Below are positions 1-14,068 of a stretch of 64,000 nucleotides of DNA, piece after piece. The notes under the pieces are model-generated. The model did not search any database. It had not been told where the DNA came from and saw nothing but the letters and a program-made list of their open reading frames with translations. Both the position numbers and the translations under genes were made by a program. The stretch is from Eledone cirrhosa. Its lineage: Eukaryota. Every line of letters begins with the position of its first letter. Within the stretch, counting starts at the first letter, position 1. The stretch is taken from NCBI GenBank assembly GCA_964016885.1, contig OZ024740.1, positions 93,434,001 through 93,498,000 of the forward strand, read 5' to 3'.

Positions 1-1299
1 CATAGACTTATTTGCATACATGATCCTATGTGCATATGTATAACTCACAATGATATTGCAGAGATATTGCTGTTAAGGTTGCTTCTTATGAATACGATTT
101 GTTTCAATTAGAAATATTTATCACAATAATATTGCAATTTTTGATATTTTAAACAGAATCAGACTTTTATAATGATATTAGATTACAACGTCATGTAGAA
201 GCATTGTGGGAGGAATTTAATAATCGCTCTGGTGAGTGTAATGCATTAAGTGGTTACAAACTCTACTCTGAGTAGACCGAATCACCTTCCGCCTGCAACA
301 GTGAACATGCCTGTCATTTAGGCGAGGAATTACCATCCCTCTTTATGAATAGGATATCCATGGCCCTCCGTTATTTGCTTAAGTTCGAATTTACACTGTC
401 GATTCTGTCGGGTACTCTCACAATTTGTGCGTGCATCCAAAATAGGGATCAAAATCCAACGCATATATCAGGGAGATAGTCCCAGGAAAAGCAGGCCGGT
501 AATTCAGCTTCCCTCTTCACATAAACTGCAGCTAGTATAAGGGCAGAAACACCGTCCTCAAGTCGGAAGAATCCATATTCCCTTATAATTCCAGGCCTTT
601 CTGAGAGAGCAATACTTCACTATTCGAAGCGAGATAAATGAAAGAAACATAAAAAGGGGCAAATTCAAGTGCTTCCTAGAAAACATGAACACATTAAACA
701 TTACTTTATCTACGCGCATTTCCTTTAGGTATTTGTGTGGTGTCCCTTTTATAACATCAACACAAAGCCACTTGCTTTCTTAAAAACGTACGTTATGTAT
801 GGGCATTCACAGAGGATGAAAGAAAATAATAAAAAAATAAATGACTTAACTACACAGACAAATGGGAATATATATTAATAAGTGAAAGCCTGTGTTAGTC
901 TGTTCTGGAAATGCCATAGTCATTCTGAAGCATATTTGAACATGGATATTACCCGAAAATACACTCAGCTATATAGGAAATAATCCAGAAAGCTTGCCTC
1001 GCGTCCAGATGCATTCTGTTTTACGATTCGCTCAGGTTATTTATGAATTTAGTTACGGCATAACGAAGTTGGCGAAGGAACTTGCAAAATAACACATAGT
1101 TCTAACTAAGCAGCTAAAACGTCGATTCAGAAAAAAATGTATTTGTGGAATTTCGTTTAAGTGTGAACAATTTCTAATATAGAAACTCCCGAAATAACTG
1201 TCAACAATAACATTACATACATTGAAAATCAAAATATAATATTTGTCCTCGGCCTGAGGAAATTCAAATAACACGTTAGGTATCTTGTTAATATATGTC

Positions 1300-1432
1300 T
1301 CTCACTCTCCCTTCCCCATTCTCTCACTCTCCCTTCCCCATTCTCTCACTCTCCCTTCCCCATTCTCTCTCTCTCTCTCTCACTCTCTCTCTATCTCTCT
1401 ATCTCTCTCTCTCTCTTTATATATATATATAT
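1300..1432. repeat. 22-bp minisatellite x3 followed by (CT)n and (AT)n
   Basis: ctctcactctcccttccccatt repeated three times, then CT and AT dinucleotide runs. Confidence 0.9.
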
Positions 1433-1729
1433 ACCGTGTAGGTTTCATCGCATTACCACTCTAAGGAATAGATCGATACTGGAGTCGGGCCCATAAATTC
1501 TGTGGCTCAACTTGAGCCAAACCTCTGCAAAACGCGCGTAACTGGTCGATAGGCAATAAATAGTTTTCATATGTAAACGAAATGTCCTCGTTTTTTCTGT
1601 TATGTATATATATATGTATATAACATAAATATATATATTAAAATAGCAGATTAAAGTTAAAGCAAATAACCGTTGCTTTCACCATTAATGGGATATTCTG
1701 AAACTCTTTTCACATTTATTATTATTATT

Positions 1730-1931
1730 GGCGGATTGGCAGTATTGGCAGGGGTTCAGACGCCATGCTTTGCAACATAGAGTTTCGGCCCTTTACGATA
1801 TGAGTTCAAATCCCACCAAGGTTAACTTTGCCTTTCATCCTTACGGGGTCAATAAAATAAAGTACCAGTATTACACTGGGATAATTGCTGGTTTTGTGCC
1901 AAAAGTGGAAACAATTATTATTATTATTATT
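1730..1931 (+). mobile_element. tRNA-derived SINE (octopod-like family), copy 1
   Basis: B-box-like gagttcaaatccc, conserved body ttaactttgcctttcatccttacggggtc..aaaataaagtaccagta, (ATT)n tail; 4 other copies in window. Confidence 0.85.
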
Positions 1932-2248
1932 GTGTCTGAACGGACGTCTTTTTGCTCGCTCCCGTAAGTTTATAATTTACCTGTCAAAACTTATTTATTG
2001 AATTTTGTTGTTGTTGTGTAAGGCATATAAGCACTTGGACTTTGCCCTGTGAACGGGAAAGAATAATATTTGGGCCTTTTGCACCAAATATTTGAACTCT
2101 TTTAAATTAAAAAAAAAAATATCGAAAAAAAAAAAATAAACATGATTGAGCCACGCCCCCCAGCGATATGTCTGCTGTTGTGCGACGTGGAAGTTGAGAG
2201 GAGCGCTACGGCGTAATTAACAGATACAAAAAAAACACCACAAACAAT

Positions 2249-4068
2249 GTGAGAAAATACAGGAATGATAACACTGAGAACTCTAAATTTGAAAAAAAAT
2301 ATAGTAACAGCGACAACGAAAATACAGATAACAAAACAAATGGTAATAAATGCAACAACAATATCAACACCACTAACATGAAAACAAATAGCGACAACAC
2401 CAAGAGCAACAATACCAACTGCATCGAAAATAACGGCGGCACAAAAGAGAACAATGATAACAGCGACAGTGATAACAACAAGAACAACAACAACAACAAC
2501 AACAACCGCAACGACAACAAGAAGAACACTTTCGCTGCGGCAGCAGCAAAAAGGAGGCCATGCTTCAAAATGGACCTCTCAAACAAAGATGAAAAGTTGG
2601 CCCAGGCCTGGAAGCTCATCAAGCAAGAGCAAACCTTATCCAACTTAAATGTCCCGGTAGAAGCTATTGAGGCAGTGGAGCGCAGAACGGTGCATTATAG
2701 ATGCATCTCAGCACAAACCAAAAGGGCAGCTTTAATTCCACAAGCAGATGTCGAAGTCACGCTGGGGTGCATCAGAGAAGACACCGAATACATACAGAGG
2801 GGCAGACAGTACGGCACCATTTCGGTGCTGTTCAAGTCAGAAGCCCTTGCTATAAAACACATTATGTCTCCTTGCGAAACCAGCAAGGTCATAATGTACC
2901 CCTCCCACATGGGAAAAAAAACGGCCCATCCCCGCATTCCCAGAAGCCCACCATGACTTGACATGTGGTGGCTTCTGGGAGGTGTGATTGTGGAGGGGAC
3001 GGATACCGTCCCGATAGAATTGACCAGAATGGCCAGAGAGGACTGGTTCAAGGTTCACCTGGAGATCCTTCTCCAGATCAGGCCCTAGAATGGGAAGACA
3101 ATCCCGGACCACATCCGCCTTCAGAATGGGACGATCATTCGTATTATGACCGAGGGCATCAGGCCGCATTGTTTTGTTTGTGGGGAAACAACCCAATTGC
3201 GAGCCTTCTGCCCTCAACTGCTGAAGTATGCAAGGGGTCGAAAGGCTCCACTCATGCCGACGCCGGAGCGAGGATCACAACCAACACCAGCGCCGGAAAA
3301 AAACACCAATAACAGCACCATTAGAAAGACCACCACCAACATTGACCACTCAGGGGGGAAACGAGGAAAGTTATCAAGTTCGCCCTCCCCCCAAAAATTA
3401 CACACACCAATAAAAACATAAACATACACACAGACACACTTACAGACACAGACCCCTTACTACCAGTAGTGAATATGAGGGAAAACCAAAATCCCCCAAA
3501 ATATAAAAAAAGCAACACAAAAAGTAAAAAAAAAAACACAACAAGCACAAAATCCCCCACAATAAGAAATTCAGACACCACCCACGCAAACATCTCTCCA
3601 ATAACGCCAACATCAACACCACCATCACCATCACCAGAATCCTCCAAACGCAAACAACCTAAACAGAGGCAAGAACAAATACACAAACAGACATCTGAAA
3701 CCACAGACACCGCACTCACAACAAACACAGATATAACCGAAACAACACCACCAAAACCATCACCACCGCAGCCACGCAAACAAATAAAATCACACCAACA
3801 AAACATAGAAAACTTCGAGCTTGTCAGGAGGGCCAACAAGGAACTGATGTCCCTTGTAGCACGAAGTTAAAATATACAAAAAGAGTGGGAAATGTTTAAG
3901 TCGAGCACACTTCGCGTGGCGGGAGATTTGGCTCTGGTGCGAATGTCGCTCGATTTATACAAAGAGACACGAGACAGCTTTCCTCGGGACGTGGGAACCC
4001 CGAACGTAAAACCCACTTCAAGACTTTTAAAAGGGTTCCAAAAGAAATCCCACCAACTATGGAGATAG
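2249..4068 (+). pseudogene. LINE ORF1 (Gag-like), disrupted
   Basis: Frame of 2249 continues through in-frame stops (first at 2954) into CFVCGETTQLRAFC (decayed CCHC knuckle); Asn-rich and Thr/Pro-rich low-complexity flanks. Confidence 0.75.
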
Positions 4069-4137
4069 AACCACCCGACCTTCACAAGAGCCCGGAAGGT
4101 AAGTAAACCTTTCCTTTCTCTCTTTTAACCTGCCAAC

Positions 4138-6550
4138 ATGGCCGTATTAAGAGTAGGTAGTTTAAATGTTCGAGGACTGGGATCGTCCTGGAAGTAGGGT
4201 CACCTGCTCAACGACCTCTGGTCTCTAGAAATGGATGTAATTGCCGTCAGCGAGACCAGGATTTCCGACACACGCGCACTAGCCCCTATTTTCGACGAAT
4301 ATCAGATCTTTCCATCATTTAGCCAGCCGGGAATGGAAGGCGGGATGGTGGTGCTGTTTAGGAAAGGCCTGGATCTCGATGTAAGGTCGATCTTCCGGGA
4401 CCCGTACGGCAAGTTGGTGGTCGTGAACGTGAACAATAACGAAGGTGGTGCCTTTAGACTGGTGGCCGTCTATGCCCCTACCGGGGCAGGACGGCCGGAT
4501 TCTTTAGACGCATGGAAGGCATTCTGGGGACGTCTCACCCTTTACACTTAGCGGGGCACTGGAACGGCATCTTAGTCGTACGCTGGGACTGTGTGGGAGT
4601 ATCGGATAGGAGCGAGGGGGGAAAAGCCTCCTGAACCTGATCATCCTGTTCCGACTGTTTGAGAGGTACCGACTAGATTTCCCTAATGCGCCAGTGTGGA
4701 CCTGAAATAAACGCATAGTGTAATCAAGATCGTATATGGACAGGATATTCATTAGGAAAGTAGACAGAAATAGTCTAATCTGTCCAAATTTTATAACGGT
4801 TGCCTATTCAGATCACAAGTTTGTGATCGGTATGGTTGACCTAGATACGACGCATAGGTTAGGGCCTGGTTACTGGAAGCTAAACATTTCAGTACCGGTA
4901 CGTAAGGCTTACAGGGACCAGGTCAAAAATTGAGTTAAGAAAAAGTGGACAGGGGACGTCGTCAACAATAGATGGCGGGGCTCTCAAAAGAGAGATTAGA
5001 GTAATGTTGATAGAGTTTAGCAAAGAAGTAGCGTTAGAGAAAAATAGAAAGGAGGGGGAGTTGGTAGATAAGTTAGACGAGGCTATTGTTAGTGGCATTG
5101 CAACTGCCGTGCTAGCGGCGAGAGTGGCATTAAACCATTTCTTCAATGCGAAACACGAAGGTTGCATTGTCAGAGCTAAGGCGCGTGCTCAGAGAAACGA
5201 GGGAACCAAAGCCGTACGATGGGCCCGCAGAGGCGCAGCGTGGTAATAAAACCACGATACTGTCTTTGGCGGACCGAGACGGACACGAGCTGAGTGATTC
5301 CAAGCGGATGTGTGTGGCCTTTCGCCAACATTTTGCTCGGTTGTTCGGGGGAGGTGGCGGGTCAGAGACGGTGGCGGATTTCAGTCCCTACCTCGATGGC
5401 TTGCCGCAAATCTCGATGTCTGACGCTGGGCGCTGCGAAAGACCAATTACTTCAATTACTTTGATAGGGTCGACCAATGTACCTGAAGGCTGTCCTCAAA
5501 GCAGCTGGCTTTTCCCCGCCTCCAGAAGCTCAATCGCTGCAATGCACAGCCGCACCTGCTCGGTGGTCAAAATTAATGGCCACCTCTCGGAACCGTTTCA
5601 GGTCTCCCGATCGGTCCGTCAAGGGTGCCCTCTCTCCCCCCTGCTGTACCTATTGACTCTCGAGCCTTTACTGCGGAAGCTGGAGCTGTTGCAGGGTATC
5701 CCGCTTGAACCGGGACGCGGAAAGGCTGTGTCGGCTTATGCGGACGACATCACCGTGATGGTGTCGGGCACCTCAGAAATCGAGGTCGTCGGCAACTTAT
5801 TGGAGGAATATGAAAGGTTGACGGGAGCAAAACTTAACCCGTTAAAGTCGATGGGCTTGCAGCTCGGCACCTGGAGAGGCAAGTCCATGCCGTCCAACAA
5901 CGTCGGACGGACGGACCGGTAAAGCTGCTCGGGGTGTGTTTCGGGCCAGACCTCCAGTTGGATAAGAATTGGGACGAGATGACTGGCAGGGTAGCCAGTC
6001 CAACCCACACATGGGCTGGGAGGAAGCTATCACTGAAAGGTCGGGTGGAGGTGGCGAACACGTACAACGCGTCCGTCATCTACTACCGTCTGACCATCGT
6101 CCCTTGACCCCGTTCGCGCCTCGCCATCTTGGAGCGGCTCCTCTTCAAATTCTCGTGGAGGGGTCAGGTTCCGCTGGTGAGGCGGTCCATCTGCTGCCAG
6201 CACCCTCTATGTGGAGGGTTGGGCATGCCGTGGCTAATGATGCGCAGACACGCATTGAGGCTGCGGCATCTTCAGATATTCTCCCTAAACGGTGAACAGG
6301 TGTGGGCGCCGTTTTTCAGACGGGTTTTTCCACAGTTCATTTATTTGACTGAGCTGCAGTCCTGGGTTAAGAAGACACCGAGACTGGGTGACTGACATCT
6401 GGAATGTTGCCAGGCACTCACTGCGCTGTACCAGGAGGGCAATGCGCTCAGTAGAACTTCGACTCTCGAGTTCTATAGAGGATTAGTGGTGGGCAAAGGC
6501 GACGACGCACTCGGAGAGGCTCTGGGAGCCGACGAAGTCGAACTAACCAG
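4138..6550 (+). pseudogene. LINE ORF2 (APE endonuclease + reverse transcriptase), disrupted with internal deletion
   Basis: ATG at 4138, SLNVRGL, DVIAVSET, VYAP, DRIF, SDHK, GPGYWKLN, RQGCPLSP, YADD at ~5737. Confidence 0.88.
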
Positions 6551-6805
6551 AGAGATACAACATTTTAAAAAATCAGTCATTGAGCAGGTCACACGAAAGA
6601 TTACTACTACGAGCAACATGTCGGGAATATTCTAGGAGCAGAAAGTCGATTAAATTGAGCCTACTGCATTAGAGTATGGATGACGTGTCAAATGTTGATT
6701 ACAATTATCGTGGTGTGACGAACGTTTCGCGATTGATCAGTTCAATGTTCCATCTCTATCGATAGGACCTTACTCAGGTATCACAAGCCCATCAGCGAAC
6801 GTTAA

Positions 6806-6895
<90 letters not shown>

Positions 6896-6898
<3 letters not shown>

Positions 6899-7040
6899 CA
6901 AGTTAATATAAATTAATATATATGATAAACACAAATACCAACATATAAGTGTTTGGATTGTAAATGACTAATTTACAATACAAACACTTATATGTTGGTA
7001 TTTGTGTTTATCATATATATTAATTTATATTAACTCGTAT
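6896..7040. repeat. Near-perfect fold-back hairpin (~68-bp arms) next to (AT)n
   Basis: agttaatataaattaatatatatgataaacacaaatacc... is the reverse complement of ...ggtatttgtgtttatcatatatattaatttatattaact. Confidence 0.9.
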
Positions 7041-7136
7041 TACACGGCTCAGAAATACTTCTTTCTTTGAGCTATTTCATTGTAAAGCACTGTTTGAGTT
7101 TAGAACTCTTTATTCATAGTATATATGTATATATAT

Positions 7137-7412
7137 AATGTAATCTGAGGTTTTCGAATATAAATAATAACTTACGATTCGTTTGCAATTATGTAAACAT
7201 GCCTCAATGTTATAGCCATGTCAGTAGAATGAACACTTCCTTCTTGCACTTGTGTTGGCATGCGAACAGAACTGCAGTTCTGTTCGCATGCCAACACTAG
7301 ACCAATAATGAAGTGTTCATTCTACTGATATGGCTATAAAATTGAGGCATGTTTACATAATTGCAAATTAATCGAATGTTATTATTAATATTCGAAAAAC
7401 TCAGTTTGCATT
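7137..7412. repeat. Fold-back palindrome (~138-bp arms) with perfect 46-bp core
   Basis: Perfect palindrome gtgttggcatgcgaacagaactgcagttctgttcgcatgccaacac at 7252-7297; right arm family recurs at ~11890 and ~12245-12570. Confidence 0.9.
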
Positions 7413-8419
7413 TATTGTATTCAGCCATGTAGAGCGAAATTTTCTTTTATATATATCATTAGTCAGGCCTGATCGATGCTAAGTAATTACCATTCACATT
7501 TATTTAAAGAGCAGCGTATAACCGCTGCTTCTATACTGAATAACAGACATATTCCAGGAAAATTAACATTTAATCATGGTAAAATGTTTGTTTATTATAT
7601 AGCTTTATATAGCTTAGCCATCTCATATATCTGAAATACACTCCAATGATGTTTAGCGAGAGATGTATCGAAGAACGAATTGACTATTTCACTGGATGAA
7701 CGTTTGCCAAACATGCATGGCAAATTGTATGTTTATAAAGCTATATTTATGGAAATTCAAGCCATTGTACTTGATAAGCATGCTTATTTTATTTGCAAGT
7801 GGCAATACATATGTAGTTAGCTCGCGTGATATTCCAAAAGTTTACCATATATTCCATATACGTTATAGTCATGTGCAGTGCAATGTTTCACTTTCAGTAA
7901 TAACATATTCTAACACATTCCATTAAGGGTCATAGTATAAAATCCTAAGAATATCTTAATGTATATAAATCTATTTCAGTCAGTAACACATTTTGCAACG
8001 ACCAAAAGAGAATAACAGTATTATATACATGTATAAACTCTGTAATATTCAGTGGAGTCGTAGAAGAATGTTTGGGGTGCCAAATAACTGAATTGGATTG
8101 CTGCAGTGTTATCTACAGTAAATAATCATAATGTTCTTTCAATATAAATCATCCGGACACGTAAGCCAAATCTGCACATTCAGGTGAGACGTTGGGATTC
8201 GTCGTTTGGTTGCAGAAAAACGCCTTTTGATCATTAAAAAGTTATGTGAAATATTGTCTATGTTACATTTCTACATTTCCTACTACAATACTAAAAAATG
8301 AGTTAGAATAATATCATCATGTAAACTTCTAAATAAATGTGTAACTGTTAATAATATCATGTATTGCAAGTCTATATGCAGTAATAATAATTAATATTTC
8401 TACGATAGGCTCAAGGTCA

Positions 8420-9405
8420 GCATTTTTGGGTGACAACCTTTTAGCAAATGCCCTGGGATACAGCACTTCTCTCACCACTCTCAACTTCCTTTTCGAAATG
8501 AGATTTGAAAAGGGTGATACTGGATCGGCCGCAAAGAAATGTACTGTATTTATTCCTTTAAACCTGGTCCACGCCACAGCCTCTTCGGCTACCGCCACAC
8601 CAGAGGAAAGCTGCCTACCCTTCCCGGCCAAAAGAAGCCAGTTGGTCGACTTCCACTCTGGACTTAGTCGATTGACGGATCCGTTCTACTCGTGACATCT
8701 GCTGTTCGACATAACTCCACAAGCCAGCAATGCACGGGCACTAGATGAGTGCCTGCAGAACTTTCTCGTCGCTCGTCACGCACTTCGCACAGGTTCGTCT
8801 GAAAGAACTTCGAGTCTGTAGACTTTACACGAACCGGCAGTGCCCACCCCGGTAGCATTGCCAAGCGCGGGATTTCTGGAAGTTGTCCATCGTCACGGTT
8901 GGAATGTCCTCCGGAACAGACTGGTGTGTTCGACATCATCTACGCCCAGAACCTCTCCAAGTGCGTTGTCGCATATGTCTACAACTAATCTTTAATAGGA
9001 CTCTCGATTTGAATTTCCACTTCAACTCAACCTAACAGGGACAGCTTCCTCGCGGCTCATTTATGGGGGAGAGTGGCTACAGTGATCGTAATATCGTCCC
9101 AATTCCTATCGACCTGGAGATCCGTTGCGATCCGAACCCCAAAAATATTTACTGTCAACTTTTAATATTTCTCCACCAATTTGATAACCACATCGATTTC
9201 TGACGTGTTCGACACCATCACTGTGATATCGCCCACGTACGCCGACACAACTTTTCCGTGCCCCGTTTCCAGCGGGATGCTCTGCAACAACTCCCGCTCC
9301 GCTTTAAATATTCGGGTGGCAATATGTACAGAAGGGAGAAGAGAAGGCATATTTGACAGACCGATTGGGGAGACCTGAAATGGCTCTGTATGGTGGTCAT
9401 TAATT
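8420..9405 (-). mobile_element. Decayed fragment of L1/Tx1-type ORF2 (RT end plus C-terminal zinc-finger region)
   Basis: SAYVGDITVMVSNTSEIDVV parallels SAYADDITVMVSGTSEIEVV of the first copy; downstream FQKSRAWQCYRG-ALPVR-like motif. Confidence 0.8.
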
Positions 9406-12324
9406 TTTTTTTAACGAGCAGAAGCCGCTGTTCCTTGCCTTGTTTCAGCCGCGGAAACGGGACCGAACCAATGTTTACACCCTACTCTCTATATGGTTTA
9501 TCCCGTGAGATTGGGGTTTTCGTGTATGGACCTAGTGGTTATTGCGCAAGTTTGCCCCTCCACTACTAATGACTCGATGGCTAGCTCTAACACCTTGTCC
9601 AAAATATTAAATTTTCATTTGATACTTGCGTACAGCCTTTTTCTATCAGCTACTCCCACTCAATCCCCGCTTGCATCTAATGTGCCTTTCCCGCTAAAAG
9701 AAAATTGGGAGAAGTTGAGTTACGTTACGATGATTTTTTTAGGCATTTTTCGAACACGAATTCATTTAATAACCTCAAATTTTTCATTTGTCTTTTATGT
9801 CCATTCGGTTAATCAAAAACAAGTTGTAATTAATATGTGATTAATATCAGTTTATGGAATAAACCAACAGAGTGAACTTCAATGCTGCGTATTCGCCTTC
9901 ATTTCTTGTGTGTATATCATTTCTGAAATGCAGCTCAATTAAATTTAATTAAAATTCATACTGCTTTCTTGGAGAAGATAATATTGTTCGAACAAAGGTC
10001 AGCACACACATTTTAGCTACGAAACAACAACAAATATAAGAAAAGCAACAACAAATACTACAAGAGTAATGAAAATCACCCAAAACAACAGCCACAACAA
10101 CGACAGCAAGAACAATAACAACAATAAGAAGAGTATTATCAACAATAATTTTTTGTATAATAATCGTGATGATTAAAATTAAAATAAGGGAGAGGAATAT
10201 ATTAAGTTTAACGTACACATATTCAGATTAAAGAAAGAGAAGGCAAATTTCAATTTTGTATTCCTTCACAAATAAATAATTTGCAGTAAATAAAGAAGAA
10301 ATATATTCTACTATAAATTAAAATAACTACTGCGAAAAATAGTGATTTATAAAAATTCCACAAACCATCAGTATTCAAATTACGAAGAAGAAACTACTTC
10401 ACGTTTCTTTATATTTAATTATTTTCAAACAGAACTAATTTTATTGAAAAGTTTTACGAGCAAGTAACTTTTGAATTTTAATTGTCTCATTTATTTAGTT
10501 ATATACTTTTTTTCTACTCATTTCTTTTGAAGGCGTTTGCTCTGTGTCAATATGTGTGAGTGTATTTCTACGTGTCTGTGTTGCCTGTCTGGTTGTTTTT
10601 TTTGTTTTAAAGACGGCCAAACAAAACTTTAGTTATGTTATAGAATTATCGTCTGAACATATAAAAAATATCATACATTTCAACGCCAACTATTTTAAAA
10701 TAATCAGGTGATTAAATTATATTATTTCTTATTGCAAATCTTAACTTGCCGATTTTTGTTTTAAATTCATATTTTATCATTTTGTTTTCTTTCGGCCTTT
10801 AGATTATATTTTATATTTTTCCTTCCTATATTATTGTTGTCATAGCTATAGGATAATGATACCATTATTTTCTAATGTTAATCTTTAGTATTTATATTCC
10901 ATTGTTTTTGTTTCAAAACAATCGTCGTGTGTGAAGCTCTAAATCTCAAACTTACGAAGCGTTGAAGACGCTGTTTGATTCAGTTCTGTAATTCAGAAAC
11001 TAGGAATCTGGAAAATAGTGTGTTCGGTATTTCGTAGTGGCTACTGACATATGTCACTAAAAGACTTTTCCTGATTATTGTAAGTTATTCTCACAGCAGG
11101 TAACTGTGATTGTAATTATTTCTCCAGTTAAAAGCCCCCTACATGATTTTGTAATTTTCTCCTAAGCGTTTCGAAAGTTCGAACATTTGAGCTTTGCATG
11201 CGATATTTGTTTATAAATTCAAACAAATATTTTATTCAGCTACTTAATATAGTGAGTAGGATGTTGTCAGACTTCACTCAGTTCAACGGTGAGACCTGAA
11301 CCCGGTATTGTGAAGTAAGGTAATATACGCTATTGCAATTTATATATGCATTTTAGTCATAGGACAAGTCATAGTTAAATTCAGTGAACAGTCGACCACA
11401 ATCTATCCCTATTTAGGATTCTGAAAGTAACACATGTGTATAACGATAATTATATCTGTGCGTAGCACTTTACCAGTTCATGTATTCTCACTTATTTCTA
11501 ATAGCCCTGGTTGCGTGGCTCAAAAACTGACGTGAAGTACACAGAATTATTCCCTTATAATCATTTAAACTTGTATGCATATACATCAGCTCCGAGTCAT
11601 GTATTTTCTTTTTTTCATCTACTAATGAACAAAATGATTCTAGTCTCCTCGCGAATATTTGCTAATATTTGATCCCGATTTAATGTATAATTTTATCAAT
11701 AACATCTACCTTTAAATGTTTGCGATATATAATTTTAATTCAATACCTATTAATAATCGAATGATACCTGATGCTATTTGCTATGTTAAAATTATTTCCC
11801 GAGTATTTTGATAGTGGTCATTCTCACAACTAATTGTATCACTCTACATGGCTGGGTACAATAAATCTAATGAGTGTTTCAAATATAATTATTAATATTC
11901 GAAAAACTAAGATTACATTTATCGTATTGAGCATGCAGGGGCGATGAAAATATTTGTTAGCTATTTGAATATGGGAAAGCCGGCCAATAATCGCTCGTAT
12001 ACATAAAACTGATTGACCGATCTGCTGATATACAAATCTCATTGATAAGCGGGTCTGCGAATGTGCAGAGCTGACGGATCACGCCGTCTGCTAATATGCA
12101 AATCAGATCGATCAGTCACTGTATAATTCAGAATATATCATAAATGTTCACTAGCTCTGACAATTGGCGGTTAAGCAGTATACCATACTGATGAAGGTTA
12201 ATTACATTAGTATCTGCCGTTCTGTTTATAGAGAAAGAATGATGGGATCATTCTATCGACATGGCTTATTGAGGCAATTTACATTATTGCAAACTAATCG
12301 AATATCATTAGTAATATTCGGAAA

Positions 12325-12511
12325 TTGCGCGGTGGATCGGCAGTATCGATAGAGGGTCGGACGCTATGCTTTGCAGCATAGTTACGCCTCTTTACAGACT
12401 GAGTTCAAATCCCGTCGAGGTTAAACATGCCTTTCATCATTACGGGGTCGATAAAATAAAGTACCAGTAATGCACTGGGTAATTGCTGGCCTTGTACCAA
12501 AAGTGGAAACA
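12325..12511 (+). mobile_element. SINE copy 2 with imperfect ~18-bp TSD
   Basis: Same SINE body; flanks attagtaatattcggaaa (12307) and attattaatattctgaaa (12512). Confidence 0.88.
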
Positions 12512-14068
12512 ATTATTAATATTCTGAAAACTCAGATTACATTTATAGTGATGTCTAGCTATAGAAAAGCGTGTGGATTATTGATATAAAATATATCTAC
12601 ATATACCTTATCAGAAATGTTTACTTTTCTATTCTCCATATATTTGTAATTTTAACACACAGCGTCAATACCAATTTAACTATTATATTGCACACTTAAT
12701 TATATAGTTTCAAATAGAACAAGGTCCATCCACGTTTAAAAGTCTACCTATGAATAATCGCATACCAGTCTTGAACATCACCTGTTTGATAACAATATGT
12801 CAGTCCTGCTTTAATATATTTTGAGAGAATATGATAAATGTTAGCTGAAATATAGATAATATTAATATCAGGATTAATTGGTGGATCATTTTCTTGCGTA
12901 TTTATGGATCCTGTAATAATAAGATTTTGCGTAATATATTTTAATATACTAACCATAATCACCTTTGAAATGTTTAGGGATCAACCATATTGTGAACGAA
13001 AATCATGATATGTGTAAGCATACATTAAATTATACAAACACTAAAGTGTTATACAAGGAATATTGGTTTAAGACAGAGAGAAATGATGTTTCACACTTAT
13101 AGAAAACTTGATTGCCACTAACATGTAGGGTAATCAGTCAATTGAAATGATCTAGTACTTGAAGATATTTGGTTACATTGAATGACAAATATTACTGTGG
13201 AAATACATCAGAAGTGAATTGAAGATGAATGGACTCTTATGAATGAGCATCTCGAAATACAGGTAATGGTTAATGAATATCAAATGTAGCAAATGACAAT
13301 TGCAAGATGCCTTACAGCCATAAGTACTAATACCATACATACATTAAAATTATACACAAATCAATGGTTTAACCGTGATGTTTTGACATATATCTAACTT
13401 GATCAAACATATTTGTGAATAAGCCTTTTCACTTGTTCATTCTATTTCGAGTATCCACATCATTAAAAATTGATTGTATTGTTTATATATACGTAACGAT
13501 GAGCTTTCTTCCAATATCGTTATACCTGTTATGTAAAGCATATCTACATTGCCATTGTCTGCCCAAATTGCAAATTAGATGAATAAATGTTGCACACATA
13601 TGTATAAATATTCGCGACAAGATATAAGCATTTATCAACATTACTTCCATATTTAGTTCAAATAACGCAATGTAGTATTATGACAGAAACAGTAATGTGT
13701 TCTTTGTTATGATAAGAGAAATTAAATGTTTCCCGACAAAATGCCAAATTAATAATGAATATCTCAATTTAGGTGAGCCATTCATCTTCATTGAACATGC
13801 ATACGTATAGTTATAATTATTCCAGCTTTGACAAGCAGAAGCTATATTCAGATAAATTGCACCGAGCTGCACTTCATCTAATGTGTCTTCAAATATTCGG
13901 CAACTATATGTAAAGTAGAGTACTATTACACAATTTTGATAGACGTATATAAATAATCTATCATTTAAACAAATAACGTGTCTTAAGATGAACGAAATTC
14001 GGATATCTAAAATATACGGTATGTTTAATAAGCAAACATTTGGAAAGCCTCGTTATGAATATTGAAAC

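Larger units (their letters stand above)
2150..6550 (+). mobile_element. Degenerate L1/Tx1-clade non-LTR retrotransposon (ORF1+ORF2), 3' end lost
   Basis: ORF1 with zinc knuckle; ORF2 with APE endonuclease start MAVLRVGSLNVRGL, SDH motif, RT motifs RQGCPLSPLLY and YADD; several stops and frameshifts. Confidence 0.9.

Noticed and set aside
2954-2956. In-frame TGA as possible selenocysteine or readthrough
   Set aside because: The element has many other stops (TAG, TAA) and frameshifts; ordinary decay
6712-6790. PLE-terminus-like acgtttcg...ctcag
   Set aside because: Core reads CUGAGUA and stem II is not evident
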